DNA of 64,000 bases from Candidatus Brennerbacteria bacterium (GTDB taxonomy: Bacteria; Patescibacteriota; Minisyncoccia; UBA6257; GWB1-50-10). Below, piece after piece: positions 56,421-64,000 of the stretch. The translations under genes and the position numbers were made by a program. Positions within the stretch are counted from its first letter, which is position 1. The number at the start of each line of letters is the position of its first letter. A model generated the notes under the pieces. The model did not search any database and was not told the origin of the DNA. It worked only from the letters and a program-made list of their open reading frames with translations. The stretch covers positions 73,013 through 137,012 of the forward strand of contig JACPEK010000004.1 in the NCBI GenBank assembly GCA_016183535.1, given 5' to 3'.

Positions 56421-56494
56421 TTGGTGCGGGATGGGAGAATCGAACTCCCGCTCTCAGTTTGGAAAACTGACGTTCTGCCACTAAACTAATCCCG
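56421..56494 (-). tRNA. tRNA-Gly (anticodon UCC)
   Basis: Acceptor GCGGGAT/ATCCCGC, anticodon loop UUUCCAA, T-loop TTCGATT, CCA encoded. Confidence 0.85.
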
Positions 56495-56625
56495 CTTCCA
56501 CCGACGTTTTCTTCACCCCCAGAGTTCTCGCAAATCAATCGGCGAGCAAACCTATTTTAACTAGCGGAGGCGAGCACCCGTTTCTATAGTAGCTATCAGT
56601 TTGCGGGGGTCAATGGTGGTGAGAT

Positions 56626-57246
56626 ATGATGAATCGAACCATGTTTTTAAAACTCAAGGCGTCAAAGACGCTGTTCAAGGCCGCGCTTCTCCTCGCGGTC
56701 GCCGGCGTGCTTGCATATCTTATCGGCGCGGCGACCGTAGCCTCGCGCCTGCCACAAGAATTCGCGCGGGCGCGACAGAGCGTAAGTGCGGTGAGTCGGC
56801 AGATTGTGGATCTCACCGCGCTCACGAGTGACCGACTCGCGAAGGTAAACCTTTCCGACCTGAACGGAGAAACCGCGAACGCGCGCGCGCTCATCGCCGA
56901 CGCTCGCGCGTCGAACGCCGCGGCGTACAGCAAGGCGTTCGAGCTTACCCAGCATCTTCAGGCGCTCGCACAATCCCTCCCGAAAGTTTCTTCCATGAAA
57001 AAACAACGCGACGCCGCGGAGGCGATCTCAATTGAACTCTCGCTCGTATCGGAATTTATTCTCTACACGCAAAAGGTGGACGCATTCCTTGACGCGCTTG
57101 ATGAAGCGGTGCGGACGAATACCGATGGCGCGCGCGCCGCCGCCGCGGACGCGCTCCGCGGAGTGAATGAGAAAGTAATTGCGATCAACGCACTCAACGA
57201 TTCTTTCCGGAGAGCGATCGGCATTTTCGACGCCGCGGAGGAATAA
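56626..57246 (+). CDS. hypothetical membrane-anchored coiled-coil protein
   Basis: N-terminal TM; Ala/Arg-rich. Confidence 0.4.
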   Translation: MMNRTMFLKLKASKTLFKAALLLAVAGVLAYLIGAATVASRLPQEFARARQSVSAVSRQIVDLTALTSDRLAKVNLSDLNGETANARALIADARASNAAAYSKAFELTQHLQALAQSLPKVSSMKKQRDAAEAISIELSLVSEFILYTQKVDAFLDALDEAVRTNTDGARAAAADALRGVNEKVIAINALNDSFRRAIGIFDAAEE

Positions 57247-57256
57247 ATGTCTGAAT

Positions 57257-57330
57257 TGGTCGGGACGCCGAGATTCGAACTCGGGCTACGTACTCCCAAA
57301 GTACGCGTGCTACCACTACACCACATCCCG
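57257..57330 (-). tRNA. tRNA-Pro (anticodon GGG)
   Basis: Acceptor CGGGATG/..., anticodon loop UUGGGAG, T-loop TTCGAAT, CCA encoded. Confidence 0.75.
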
Positions 57331-57451
57331 TACGTGTTTACCTTACGCACTTTTTCATTTACCATCAACCGAAGCCGCTCGTGTATGGCTTCGCACATAC
57401 GAAGGGCTCATTCAACGATATAATACCTTTGGTATTCTATCGTTTCATTCG

Positions 57452-57523
57452 CCCCCCGTAGCACAATGGATAGTGCAGGGCTCTTCTAAGGCCTTGATGT
57501 GGGTTCGATTCCTACCGGGGGGA
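57452..57523 (+). tRNA. tRNA-Arg (anticodon UCU)
   Basis: Acceptor CCCCCCG/CGGGGGG, D-arm GCAC/GTGC, anticodon loop CUUCUAA, T-loop TTCGATT. No encoded CCA. Confidence 0.8.
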
Positions 57524-58993
57524 CACTTTAGAAAAAGGCAAGCCAGAGGAAGCCGCCTCGCTTCGCTCGGCGGCCATTTCGTATTGAATTTTGGGGGCAA
57601 AAACGAATTGGCGGTTTCGCAAAATATGGTTCGCGCCGATATTTTTCAGAAATGTTGTCATTTTGGGGAAATCATTTTCGGAAAGCAGATTTGCGGCTTG
57701 ATTTAAGGACAAAACGAACTCACGAGCCGGTTCGAGCCACGACAAACCTTTTTGCTCAAAATCGGTAATTTTCTCCTGCAAACGGATTTTTTCGGCCACC
57801 AATTTTTCTTTTTTGGCGGCGTATTCTTGTTGAGTAAGAGCGTTGTCCAAGTATGCATCGAGAAGTTTTTGGAGCTTCACTTCAATTTGGGATAATTGGT
57901 TTTTCAAAACATCAACCTCGGCTTGCGCTTCTAGTTTTGCTTTCTCTTTTTCTGTACCCAACGCCGCCAAAACTTTCTCGGTGTCGTGGCTCGACAAAGA
58001 AACTTTTTGAAGAAATGTTTTGATTTGCGCGGCCAACTCGTTTTCTTGAATGTAGTGCTTTTCTTGGCATACGCCTTTCTTTTTCGTGCATCGGTAATAG
58101 GTATAAATCCCACCGTTTCCTTTTGCGTATTGCGCGGTGATAGAAGCTCCGCATGAAGCGCATTTCATAAGGCCAAGAAAAGCAAAATGATGTTTCTTCA
58201 CTTCCTGCACTCTGCCACGCTTTGCCATAACTTCTTGACACAAATCAAAAAGCTTCTTTGAAATTAACGGCTCGTGCGTTCCCTCAAATATTTCTCCTCG
58301 GTATCGCATAAGTCCGTAGTAAAAAGGGTTTTGTAATAGATGCTGAACATTGCTTACGGAAATTTCCTTGCCAAGATTTCCTTTCAGTCCGCTTTCCTTG
58401 CACCAATTTGCGAGAGAAAAAAATGTGTAGTTTCCGGTGGCGTACATCTCAAAAAGTTTTCTGACTTTAAGTACTTTCTCCGCATCAACATCAATTCCTC
58501 TGGTTTTGGGATTGTTGGAGTAGCCCACCGGAGCCCAACTTGGCCATATTCCATTTCTGATTTTCTGCCGCAAACCTCTTTTTACATTCTCTCGCAAATT
58601 GTCCACATAGTATTTGCTCTGTCCAAAAGCAATGTTCAGCATGAATAATCCTTGCGGTGTTGGCTCGCACCAAAAAGTTGGGAATTTGAGGGAACGAATC
58701 AAGCCGCGGTCAATCATGTGGATTATCTTTCCGCCGTCCACGCTGTTTCGAGCAAGACGATCCGGGTGCCATGAGAGTATTCCATCGGCCTTCCCTTTTT
58801 CCAAAAATGACAACATTTCTGCGAATTTTATTCGCCCAGGTTCTTTGGCAGTTTTCGCCTCTTGAAAAGAGGCGACAATTTCAAGTTTTTCTTTGGCGGC
58901 AAATTCAGAAAGCTCAACAAGTTGAGCTTCAATGCTCAAAACCTGTCTGTCATCATCTTCCGTTGACTTTCGAGCGTAGATTACATAACGCAT
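57512..58993 (-). CDS. large serine recombinase (resolvase/invertase N-domain + recombinase domain + zinc ribbon + coiled coil)
   Basis: N-terminus YVIYARKSTEDDDRQVLSIEAQ (catalytic Ser). CxxC...CxxC zinc ribbon. 493 aa. The last 4 codons are antisense to the tRNA-Arg 3' end. Confidence 0.85.
   Translation of the reverse strand: MRYVIYARKSTEDDDRQVLSIEAQLVELSEFAAKEKLEIVASFQEAKTAKEPGRIKFAEMLSFLEKGKADGILSWHPDRLARNSVDGGKIIHMIDRGLIRSLKFPTFWCEPTPQGLFMLNIAFGQSKYYVDNLRENVKRGLRQKIRNGIWPSWAPVGYSNNPKTRGIDVDAEKVLKVRKLFEMYATGNYTFFSLANWCKESGLKGNLGKEISVSNVQHLLQNPFYYGLMRYRGEIFEGTHEPLISKKLFDLCQEVMAKRGRVQEVKKHHFAFLGLMKCASCGASITAQYAKGNGGIYTYYRCTKKKGVCQEKHYIQENELAAQIKTFLQKVSLSSHDTEKVLAALGTEKEKAKLEAQAEVDVLKNQLSQIEVKLQKLLDAYLDNALTQQEYAAKKEKLVAEKIRLQEKITDFEQKGLSWLEPAREFVLSLNQAANLLSENDFPKMTTFLKNIGANHILRNRQFVFAPKIQYEMAAERSEAASSGLPFSKVSPR
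57521..57619. repeat. IR1 left arm (99 bp); perfect inverted partner at 59038..59136
   Basis: Exact reverse-complement identity. Includes a GGACAC core overlapping the tRNA-Arg 3' end and the recombinase C-terminal codons. Confidence 0.85.
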
Positions 58994-59037
58994 AGTTTTG
59001 TTGAATTGAATTGATTAAAAATTTTTCCGCCCCCAAA

Positions 59038-59136
59038 CGAAACCGCCAATTCGTTTTTGCCCCCAAAATTCAATACGAAATGGCCGCCGAGCGAAGCGAG
59101 GCGGCTTCCTCTGGCTTGCCTTTTTCTAAAGTGTCC
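59038..59136. repeat. IR1 right arm
   Basis: Reverse complement of 57521..57619. Confidence 0.85.
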
Positions 59137-59231
59137 AGTATTCTTGAAATAGTGCGAACCGTTTTCGCCGCCTGCGGCGGCGATGAAAGCTCCCCGCGAA
59201 AAATCCAAAAGGCGGCGGAGCCGCACCGATA
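59137..59231. repeat. IR2 left arm (95 bp); inverted partner at 60112..60206
   Basis: Exact reverse-complement identity. Abuts the IR1 right arm at a GTGTCC core. Confidence 0.85.
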
Positions 59232-59353
59232 TAAGAATTTTTGATGAGAAACTTAACAAGTTTCTTTTCTGTTTTTAATGTTGACTTTTGGAGCCATTTT
59301 TACTAATTTGTTTGTGGAACCCCAACAAACAAATACAGAAAGGAGTGTTCTTT

Positions 59354-59989
59354 ATGACACAGGAAGTATTGGCGACAGAGCTGCTTTCCATGCGAAAGCG
59401 AGCGGAACGAACAGCACAGAGCATCGATCAAATCTCCCACAACCTTTCTGCCGAACGGCAGTCGCTTCGGCAGGTGGTCAAGGAGTACGGCACGAAGCGA
59501 GTCGAACTTCTGAAGCAAGAGCTTCAAGCGCGCGGAGTGACCTGGTGCACCTATTGCTCCGCGGTGATTCCCGAGAGCGATGCCGAACTTCTGCTCGTCG
59601 AGGGCAGAGAGGAATACTCGCACGGCTACGGGAATGCTTGCTACGGTTTCCGTGGCTTCTCGAAGCTTCATCGGGCCTGCCCTACCTGCCGTGAACGTGC
59701 AGCCGACAAGCACGGACAGAAGGGTTCGTACGATTCGCAGGCGAAAGACCAGTCGAGCTTCTACGCATTCCGTGTGGAAAAGCGCGACGACGGCTACTAC
59801 GCCCGCAAGTTCGGCAACTGGGTGAAGCTCGACGACGAGAATTGCAAACTCAACGAACCGTCCAGTCAGCTCGTCGAGAAACTCGCGGAGGGATGGAATC
59901 TCCCGCCGCGAATCGAAGTCGAGTCGAGGTGGCCGAGTTCGGAAGAGAAGCTCATCGTCCACGAGCGAGTACTGGCCGAAGCGAGTTGA
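59354..59989 (+). CDS. hypothetical Cys-rich (zinc-ribbon-like) protein, cargo of IR2 segment
   Basis: CTYC...CYGF...CPTC motifs. Followed by a strong intrinsic terminator (59999-60040). The track ORF starts at TTG 59288. Confidence 0.45.
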   Translation: MTQEVLATELLSMRKRAERTAQSIDQISHNLSAERQSLRQVVKEYGTKRVELLKQELQARGVTWCTYCSAVIPESDAELLLVEGREEYSHGYGNACYGFRGFSKLHRACPTCRERAADKHGQKGSYDSQAKDQSSFYAFRVEKRDDGYYARKFGNWVKLDDENCKLNEPSSQLVEKLAEGWNLPPRIEVESRWPSSEEKLIVHERVLAEAS

Positions 59990-60111
59990 CCATGTGTCCG
60001 CAATCGAGAGGGTGTCCTGCCAAGTGCCGGGCACCCTCATTTCTTTTTGTTTGATTCTTAATTGAATTAAATTCATAATTAAACTGCCACCAAAGAAAAA
60101 CTTGAAATTGC

Positions 60112-60206
60112 TATCGGTGCGGCTCCGCCGCCTTTTGGATTTTTCGCGGGGAGCTTTCATCGCCGCCGCAGGCGGCGAAAACGGTTCGCACTATTTCAAG
60201 AATACT
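60112..60206. repeat. IR2 right arm
   Basis: Reverse complement of 59137..59231. Followed by a GGACAA core. Confidence 0.85.
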
Positions 60207-60314
60207 GGACAAGCGAGGAAATATGCAAAAAGCATATTTTCGAGCGCGGATGCCCGGCCGAAGGTACCGAGGGGACAAGCGAGGAAATAGGCAAAAATCA
60301 TATTTTCGAGCGCG
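60207..60314. repeat. two 42-bp direct repeats, each with an 8-5-8 palindrome (AAATATGC-AAAAA-GCATATTT), upstream of ZIP transporter
   Basis: 60207..60248 and 60273..60314 match at about 39/42. Both begin with GGACAAGCGAGG. Confidence 0.7.
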
Positions 60315-60362
60315 AGCTTCCGGTATTCACCGATATCAATAAAACCAGCAAAGACATAAATA

Positions 60363-61100
60363 ATGTTACTAACGATTCTCGGTGCGAGTTTAATTGGCAG
60401 TGTGGTGGCGCTTGGAGGCGGTGCGCTTCTTTTGTGGCGCGAGGCGTGGGCGAGAAGAATTTCCCTCTACCTCGTGAGTTTCGCGGCGGGCGCGCTTTTG
60501 GGCGCGGCGTTTTTTGACCTCCTCCCCGAGATGGAGGGGCTTCTTTCAAACGGCGCGATCTACGCGAGCGTGGTCGCCGGCATCCTCGTCATGCTGTTCT
60601 TCGAGAAGTTCATGAAATGGTATCACTGCCACGATCAGCAAACGTGTGACTACCATACCTTCTCGAGTTCCATACTTTTCGGCGACGCGGTGCATAATTT
60701 TTTGGACGGCATCGCGATCGCGGCGAGTTTTCTCATAAGCGTTCCTATTGGCGTCGCTACGACCGCGGCGGTATTTTTTCACGAGGTGCCGCAGGAGATA
60801 GGGGATTTTGGCGCCCTTCTCCATGCGGGTTATGGCCGCGCGAGAGTGTGGTGGTTGAATTTTACGACGGCGCTCACAACGCCCGCCGGCGCACTCCTCG
60901 GATATTTTTTTCTCCCGTTTCTCGAGCCACTCCTCGGATATTTTCTTGGCCTCGCGGCGGGCGCTTTTATCTACATTGCGGTCTCGGATTTAATGCCCGA
61001 GATTCGTCACCGTGCCGGGCCGCGCGAGTTCCTCCATTTTTTTATGATTCTTGTCGGCCTCGCCGTGATCATGCTTGTCGGTACGCTCGTGCCGGAATAA
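60363..61100 (+). CDS. zupT: ZIP family metal (zinc) transporter
   Basis: HNFLDGIAIAASF and HEVPQEIGDFGAL motifs; 8 TM. Confidence 0.85.
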   Translation: MLLTILGASLIGSVVALGGGALLLWREAWARRISLYLVSFAAGALLGAAFFDLLPEMEGLLSNGAIYASVVAGILVMLFFEKFMKWYHCHDQQTCDYHTFSSSILFGDAVHNFLDGIAIAASFLISVPIGVATTAAVFFHEVPQEIGDFGALLHAGYGRARVWWLNFTTALTTPAGALLGYFFLPFLEPLLGYFLGLAAGAFIYIAVSDLMPEIRHRAGPREFLHFFMILVGLAVIMLVGTLVPE

Positions 61101-61130
61101 TAAAAAATCGCCCACTGGGCGATTTTTTAT
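61101..61130. terminator. bidirectional intrinsic terminator
   Basis: AAAAAATCGCCCACTGGGCGATTTTTTA. Confidence 0.6.
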
Positions 61131-61131
61131 T

Positions 61132-61206
61132 TGGTGCCGCGGGGGTGAATCGAACACCCGACGCCAGCCTCTTCAGGGCTGCGCTCTGCCACTGAGCTAC
61201 CGCGGC
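61132..61206 (-). tRNA. tRNA-Phe (anticodon GAA)
   Basis: Acceptor GCCGCGG/CCGCGGC, anticodon loop CUGAAGA, T-loop TTCGATT, CCA encoded. Confidence 0.85.
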
Positions 61207-61444
61207 AAGCGGTGAACGAAATTTAATGTACAGAATTAATTTCCGAACCGCGACGCCACGGGGTGAAGGTACCATGAATACCGCGGCGAATAATAAGCAG
61301 AACAAGTGTAAAGACCAGCGCTATTTTATTTTGTTTTTCTTTTAAATACAACAAGGCTTTCGCTGTCCACAGGCGGGCGGTGTTATCTCCCCGCCGCGCC
61401 CGCTATGATGGGGGCAGTATTATCAATAACCAAAAGGAGGGCGC

Positions 61445-62299
61445 ATGAAAAATTTCATGCATGCCGTTTTGTTTCTCGTCGCGGCTTTTTGCGCGGCGTG
61501 GTGGGTCGCCGGCCAGAGTAATGTTTCGTCTGTGGCCGGACCGCGAATTCCCCGGTATGCGGCATACGCGCCGCGGCCGGTGAATTCCGTCGTCACGCGC
61601 GCGTGGGAACCCGGCGATTCCAAACTTGTCGATCTTCTCACCGCTCGAGGTGTCGACTCAACCTTCGTGCGGTCGATATTTTCCAATCCGCGTCTCTCAA
61701 TCGACACCGCGGTGGTGCGAATTCTGACTGTGCCGCGCGGGAAGAAGGCGAGCTATTCGTTCCTCTTCACTGATTCTTCGATTGCGGACGGCAAGGCGTT
61801 TCTTAAGGCGCACCGAAGCACGCTTGATTCGCTCCGGATTGCGTACGGCATCTCGCCGCCGGTAATTGCGGCGGTTGTGCGCATCGAGACCGACTTCGGC
61901 CGCTTTTTAGGGCGGCATACTGTCGTGAATGCCCTCTATACGATGTACCGCGTTTCCCCGCGCCGCCGCGCCATGGCGGTGCGAGAACTCGCGTGCTTTT
62001 TTCTTCTCGCGCGGGAGCGGGAAATTGATCCCTTCGCGGTAGAGAGCTCTTGGGCGGGCGCCTTTGGCATATCTCAATTCATGCCGTGTTCGCTCTCCTA
62101 CGCGGTGGACGGGAACGGCGACGAGACAATCGATCTTTTCGATTTGCGCGATGCGATGGCGAGTATCGCAAACTATCTCCGCGCCCACGGTTGGTCGAGT
62201 CTCCGCGCTAGCCAGCTTCGTGCGCTTCGCGCGTACAACCGCGGCCCCTATGCGGGGGCGGTGATGGCCTACGCCGAAAAAATTTCCAATGCCCGGTGA
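61445..62299 (+). CDS. lytic murein transglycosylase (MltB/SLT domain 2 family)
   Basis: Signal peptide. AGAFGISQFMP motif typical of lytic transglycosylase B. Confidence 0.7.
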   Translation: MKNFMHAVLFLVAAFCAAWWVAGQSNVSSVAGPRIPRYAAYAPRPVNSVVTRAWEPGDSKLVDLLTARGVDSTFVRSIFSNPRLSIDTAVVRILTVPRGKKASYSFLFTDSSIADGKAFLKAHRSTLDSLRIAYGISPPVIAAVVRIETDFGRFLGRHTVVNALYTMYRVSPRRRAMAVRELACFFLLAREREIDPFAVESSWAGAFGISQFMPCSLSYAVDGNGDETIDLFDLRDAMASIANYLRAHGWSSLRASQLRALRAYNRGPYAGAVMAYAEKISNAR

Positions 62300-62328
62300 G
62301 CGATTCGCCGGGCATTTTTCCGCTTCAC

Positions 62329-63040
62329 TCAAGCGTGCGCGTCCGTTTCTTCTTCCGCGAAATCCCCGATCTTTTCGGCGGCCACTTCGAGACTGATTTT
62401 TTTCTTTAAGAGCTTTTTCATGACAAACTCGCCCGCGAAGAAGAAGACCACGATAACCGCAATCACGATCTCGATTTGTCGGAAAAACTTTTCCGTAAAG
62501 AGATAAGAAAGTCCGCTCATGAGAAAATAAGCGACTACGGATACGGTGGCGAACCACGCGAAAAGTCCCACGAGATACGATTTGAGAAACCGCCCGAACT
62601 TCGCGCGCGACCATCCGGAAAGCAGGAGTACGAGGAAATTTACCCCCACGAGAAAGCGCGCGCCGATCATGAGCTTGGTGAGGTTTTTGGTGATGTAGTA
62701 GAGATAGTACTGTATGCGGCGTCTCGTCTTGAGCCGTTTATACCACCGCCACCCGAAGCGAGTGTTGCGGATGAGGCGCCCGATAAAATACAGACCGAGC
62801 TCGGCGGCGGCGAGTGTTCCGAGGATGACGGACACGAATTTTCCCCACGTTAAGGCGCCCCCCACAATAAGAAGCATCGCGAAGAGGATGGCGAGGTCGC
62901 CTTGGAGAATCGCGCTTCCCGCGAGGATGTAGCTCGTCGCGGCGGGGTGCGCCGCTGTGAAGGAGGAGAGAATATCGAGTATATTGTCCATATCGAGGAT
63001 GCGTATTATGATGCGGCGGTGGGGAATCGCACGCCCCATG
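62329..63040 (-). CDS. DedA/SNARE-associated family membrane protein
   Basis: The TM core starts at MGRAIPHRR. The track ORF continues to 63372 across tRNA-His, and that extension is judged spurious or a remnant. Confidence 0.5.
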
Positions 63041-63054
63041 GGACAGTGTAGCAT

Positions 63055-63130
63055 GGTGCCTATGGTGTAATGGTTAACACAGGAGTTTGTGGAACTCCTG
63101 ATACGGGTTCGATTCCCGTTAGGCACCCAG
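63055..63130 (+). tRNA. tRNA-His (anticodon GUG)
   Basis: Acceptor GGTGCCT/AGGCACC with an extra 5' G. Anticodon loop UUGUGGA, T-loop TTCGATT. Confidence 0.75.
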
Positions 63131-63531
63131 ACGGTATCTAATATAACCGCAGATGGTTTATTGGATGCCACCTCGAAAGTCTCGACTTTATGTCGGGATT
63201 TTTGAGTTTTAGGGGCGACTTTCGACTTTGATTTGCCGACAACCACCGGCGTGAATTCCACCTCCATGTCGGTCACGATCCGTGGTATTCGGCTTTCTTT
63301 GTATTTCTCGGTAAAGATCAGCCCCTCCGCTTGCATCAAGGCTCGTATGATCGGGCTTGGTATGACCGTCACGGTTTTCTTGTCGGTTACCTCGAATCGT
63401 TCTCAGTAAAGACCGAGGAATAATCGCTTCATTTCATCCGGAGCTTTCATGTACGTCTCGTAAGCGTTTCTCACGAATAGCAGGACGTCTTGGAGTTCGT
63501 CGATCTGTAAAGACCCCCTCCCTCCTGCTTT

Positions 63532-64000
63532 CTAATCAATAGCTTGGAATCGTTTTAAGATTTCAAGCGGGATTTGCATACCAAGCGCCATGTGGGGCCG
63601 CTCGGTATTGTAGTAGCGGAGGAATGGGGGGATCTCCCGTCGCCAAGCACGGAGCGTCCCCGGAATGCGGCGGAGGCACTCCCGTTGGAGCGTTTGGATG
63701 AACCGCTCCACATGGGCGTTGTCGGTGGGGGTCCTGACTCGTGAATGGCGATGGGCAATGCCGCGCTCCCTGAGGCGCTCGGTGAGCCATTTCGAGAACT
63801 CGGCCCCGTGATCGCTCTGGAGCGTGCGGAAGGAGAAGGGAGCAACTTCCCGTGCCTCCTCCACGAACGCGAGGGAGCGATGGGTCGAGATGCGAGGCAT
63901 GGCCTCCGCATGTGTCCACCGACTGCAGAGGTCGACGAGGGCATACGCATGGAGGTGTTCATATGCACACCCCTCCTGCATGGAGTCAATTTCGACGAGG
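63532..64000 (-). mobile_element. IS3/IS481-type DDE transposase (integrase catalytic core), 5' part beyond window
   Basis: rve-domain motifs (QSDHGAEF, TPTDNAHVERF, YNTERPHMALG). The ORF has no start within the window. Confidence 0.8.

Noticed and set aside
62329-63372. Full 347-aa ORF for the DedA-like protein
   Set aside because: The N-terminal 110 codons run across tRNA-His on the opposite strand and lack TM character. Start reassigned to 63040.

Overview
This is a GC-rich, gene-dense bacterial chromosomal window, and almost all of it is housekeeping. Several traits (a TrbC/VirB2-like pilin, an ino1 gene, short proteins with extensions) suggest a Patescibacteria/CPR-like organism, but that is inference only.

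The window starts in the replication-origin neighbourhood: rpmH-rnpA-yidC-jag on the minus strand, diverging from dnaA-dnaN on the plus strand, with DnaA-box-like nonamers in the dnaA-dnaN spacer. After that come ponA, ruvC-yebC, an orphan histidine kinase, polA, tsaE, ruvB, a GspE/PilB ATPase, holA-like, rpsT, ruvA, a Mur ligase, a beta-CASP hydrolase, a UDG, a ClpB-like ATPase, NUDIX, ogt, rplT-rpmI-infC, tmk, smpB, ino1, argS, ileS, trpS, RNase J, secG, gpmI, RNase Y, hup and an ECF sigma factor. I identified eight tRNAs by hand (Arg-CCG, Leu-CAG, Gly-UCC, Pro-GGG, Arg-UCU, Phe-GAA, His-GUG, plus a tRNA-Gly 3' pseudo-fragment) and a tmRNA (ssrA).

The non-routine content is as follows.
1. 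ileS carries an in-frame histidine-phosphatase (RHG) domain of about 190 aa, inserted between two CxxC pairs of its zinc knuckle.
2. A large serine recombinase sits next to tRNA-Arg(UCU), wrapped in two nested pairs of roughly 100-bp perfect inverted repeats that share a GGACA(C) core. The locus also holds a cargo zinc-finger ORF and tandem palindromic direct repeats upstream of a ZIP transporter.
3. The ssrA-GIY-YIG-smpB-nucleotidyltransferase block is bracketed by 62-bp inverted copies of the tmRNA 3' end.
4. A 36-nt segment is shared between the ssrA upstream region and the ileS coding sequence.
5. A family of perfect palindromes built on the core CTATACTTAAGTATAG occurs at three intergenic sites with compensatory outer arms.
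6. AT-rich CTAAAT / CAAAAT-CCAAAT motif families recur in intergenic regions and in-frame inside essential genes.
7. A 410-bp structured non-coding region with a sigma70-like promoter lies next to ino1.
8. An IS transposase fragment and a gene remnant lie beside tRNA-His.

Many long opposite-strand ORFs in the six-frame track (for example 4363..5187-, 12907..14493+, 46330..47229+, 52627..53619-) are treated as GC-driven artefacts.
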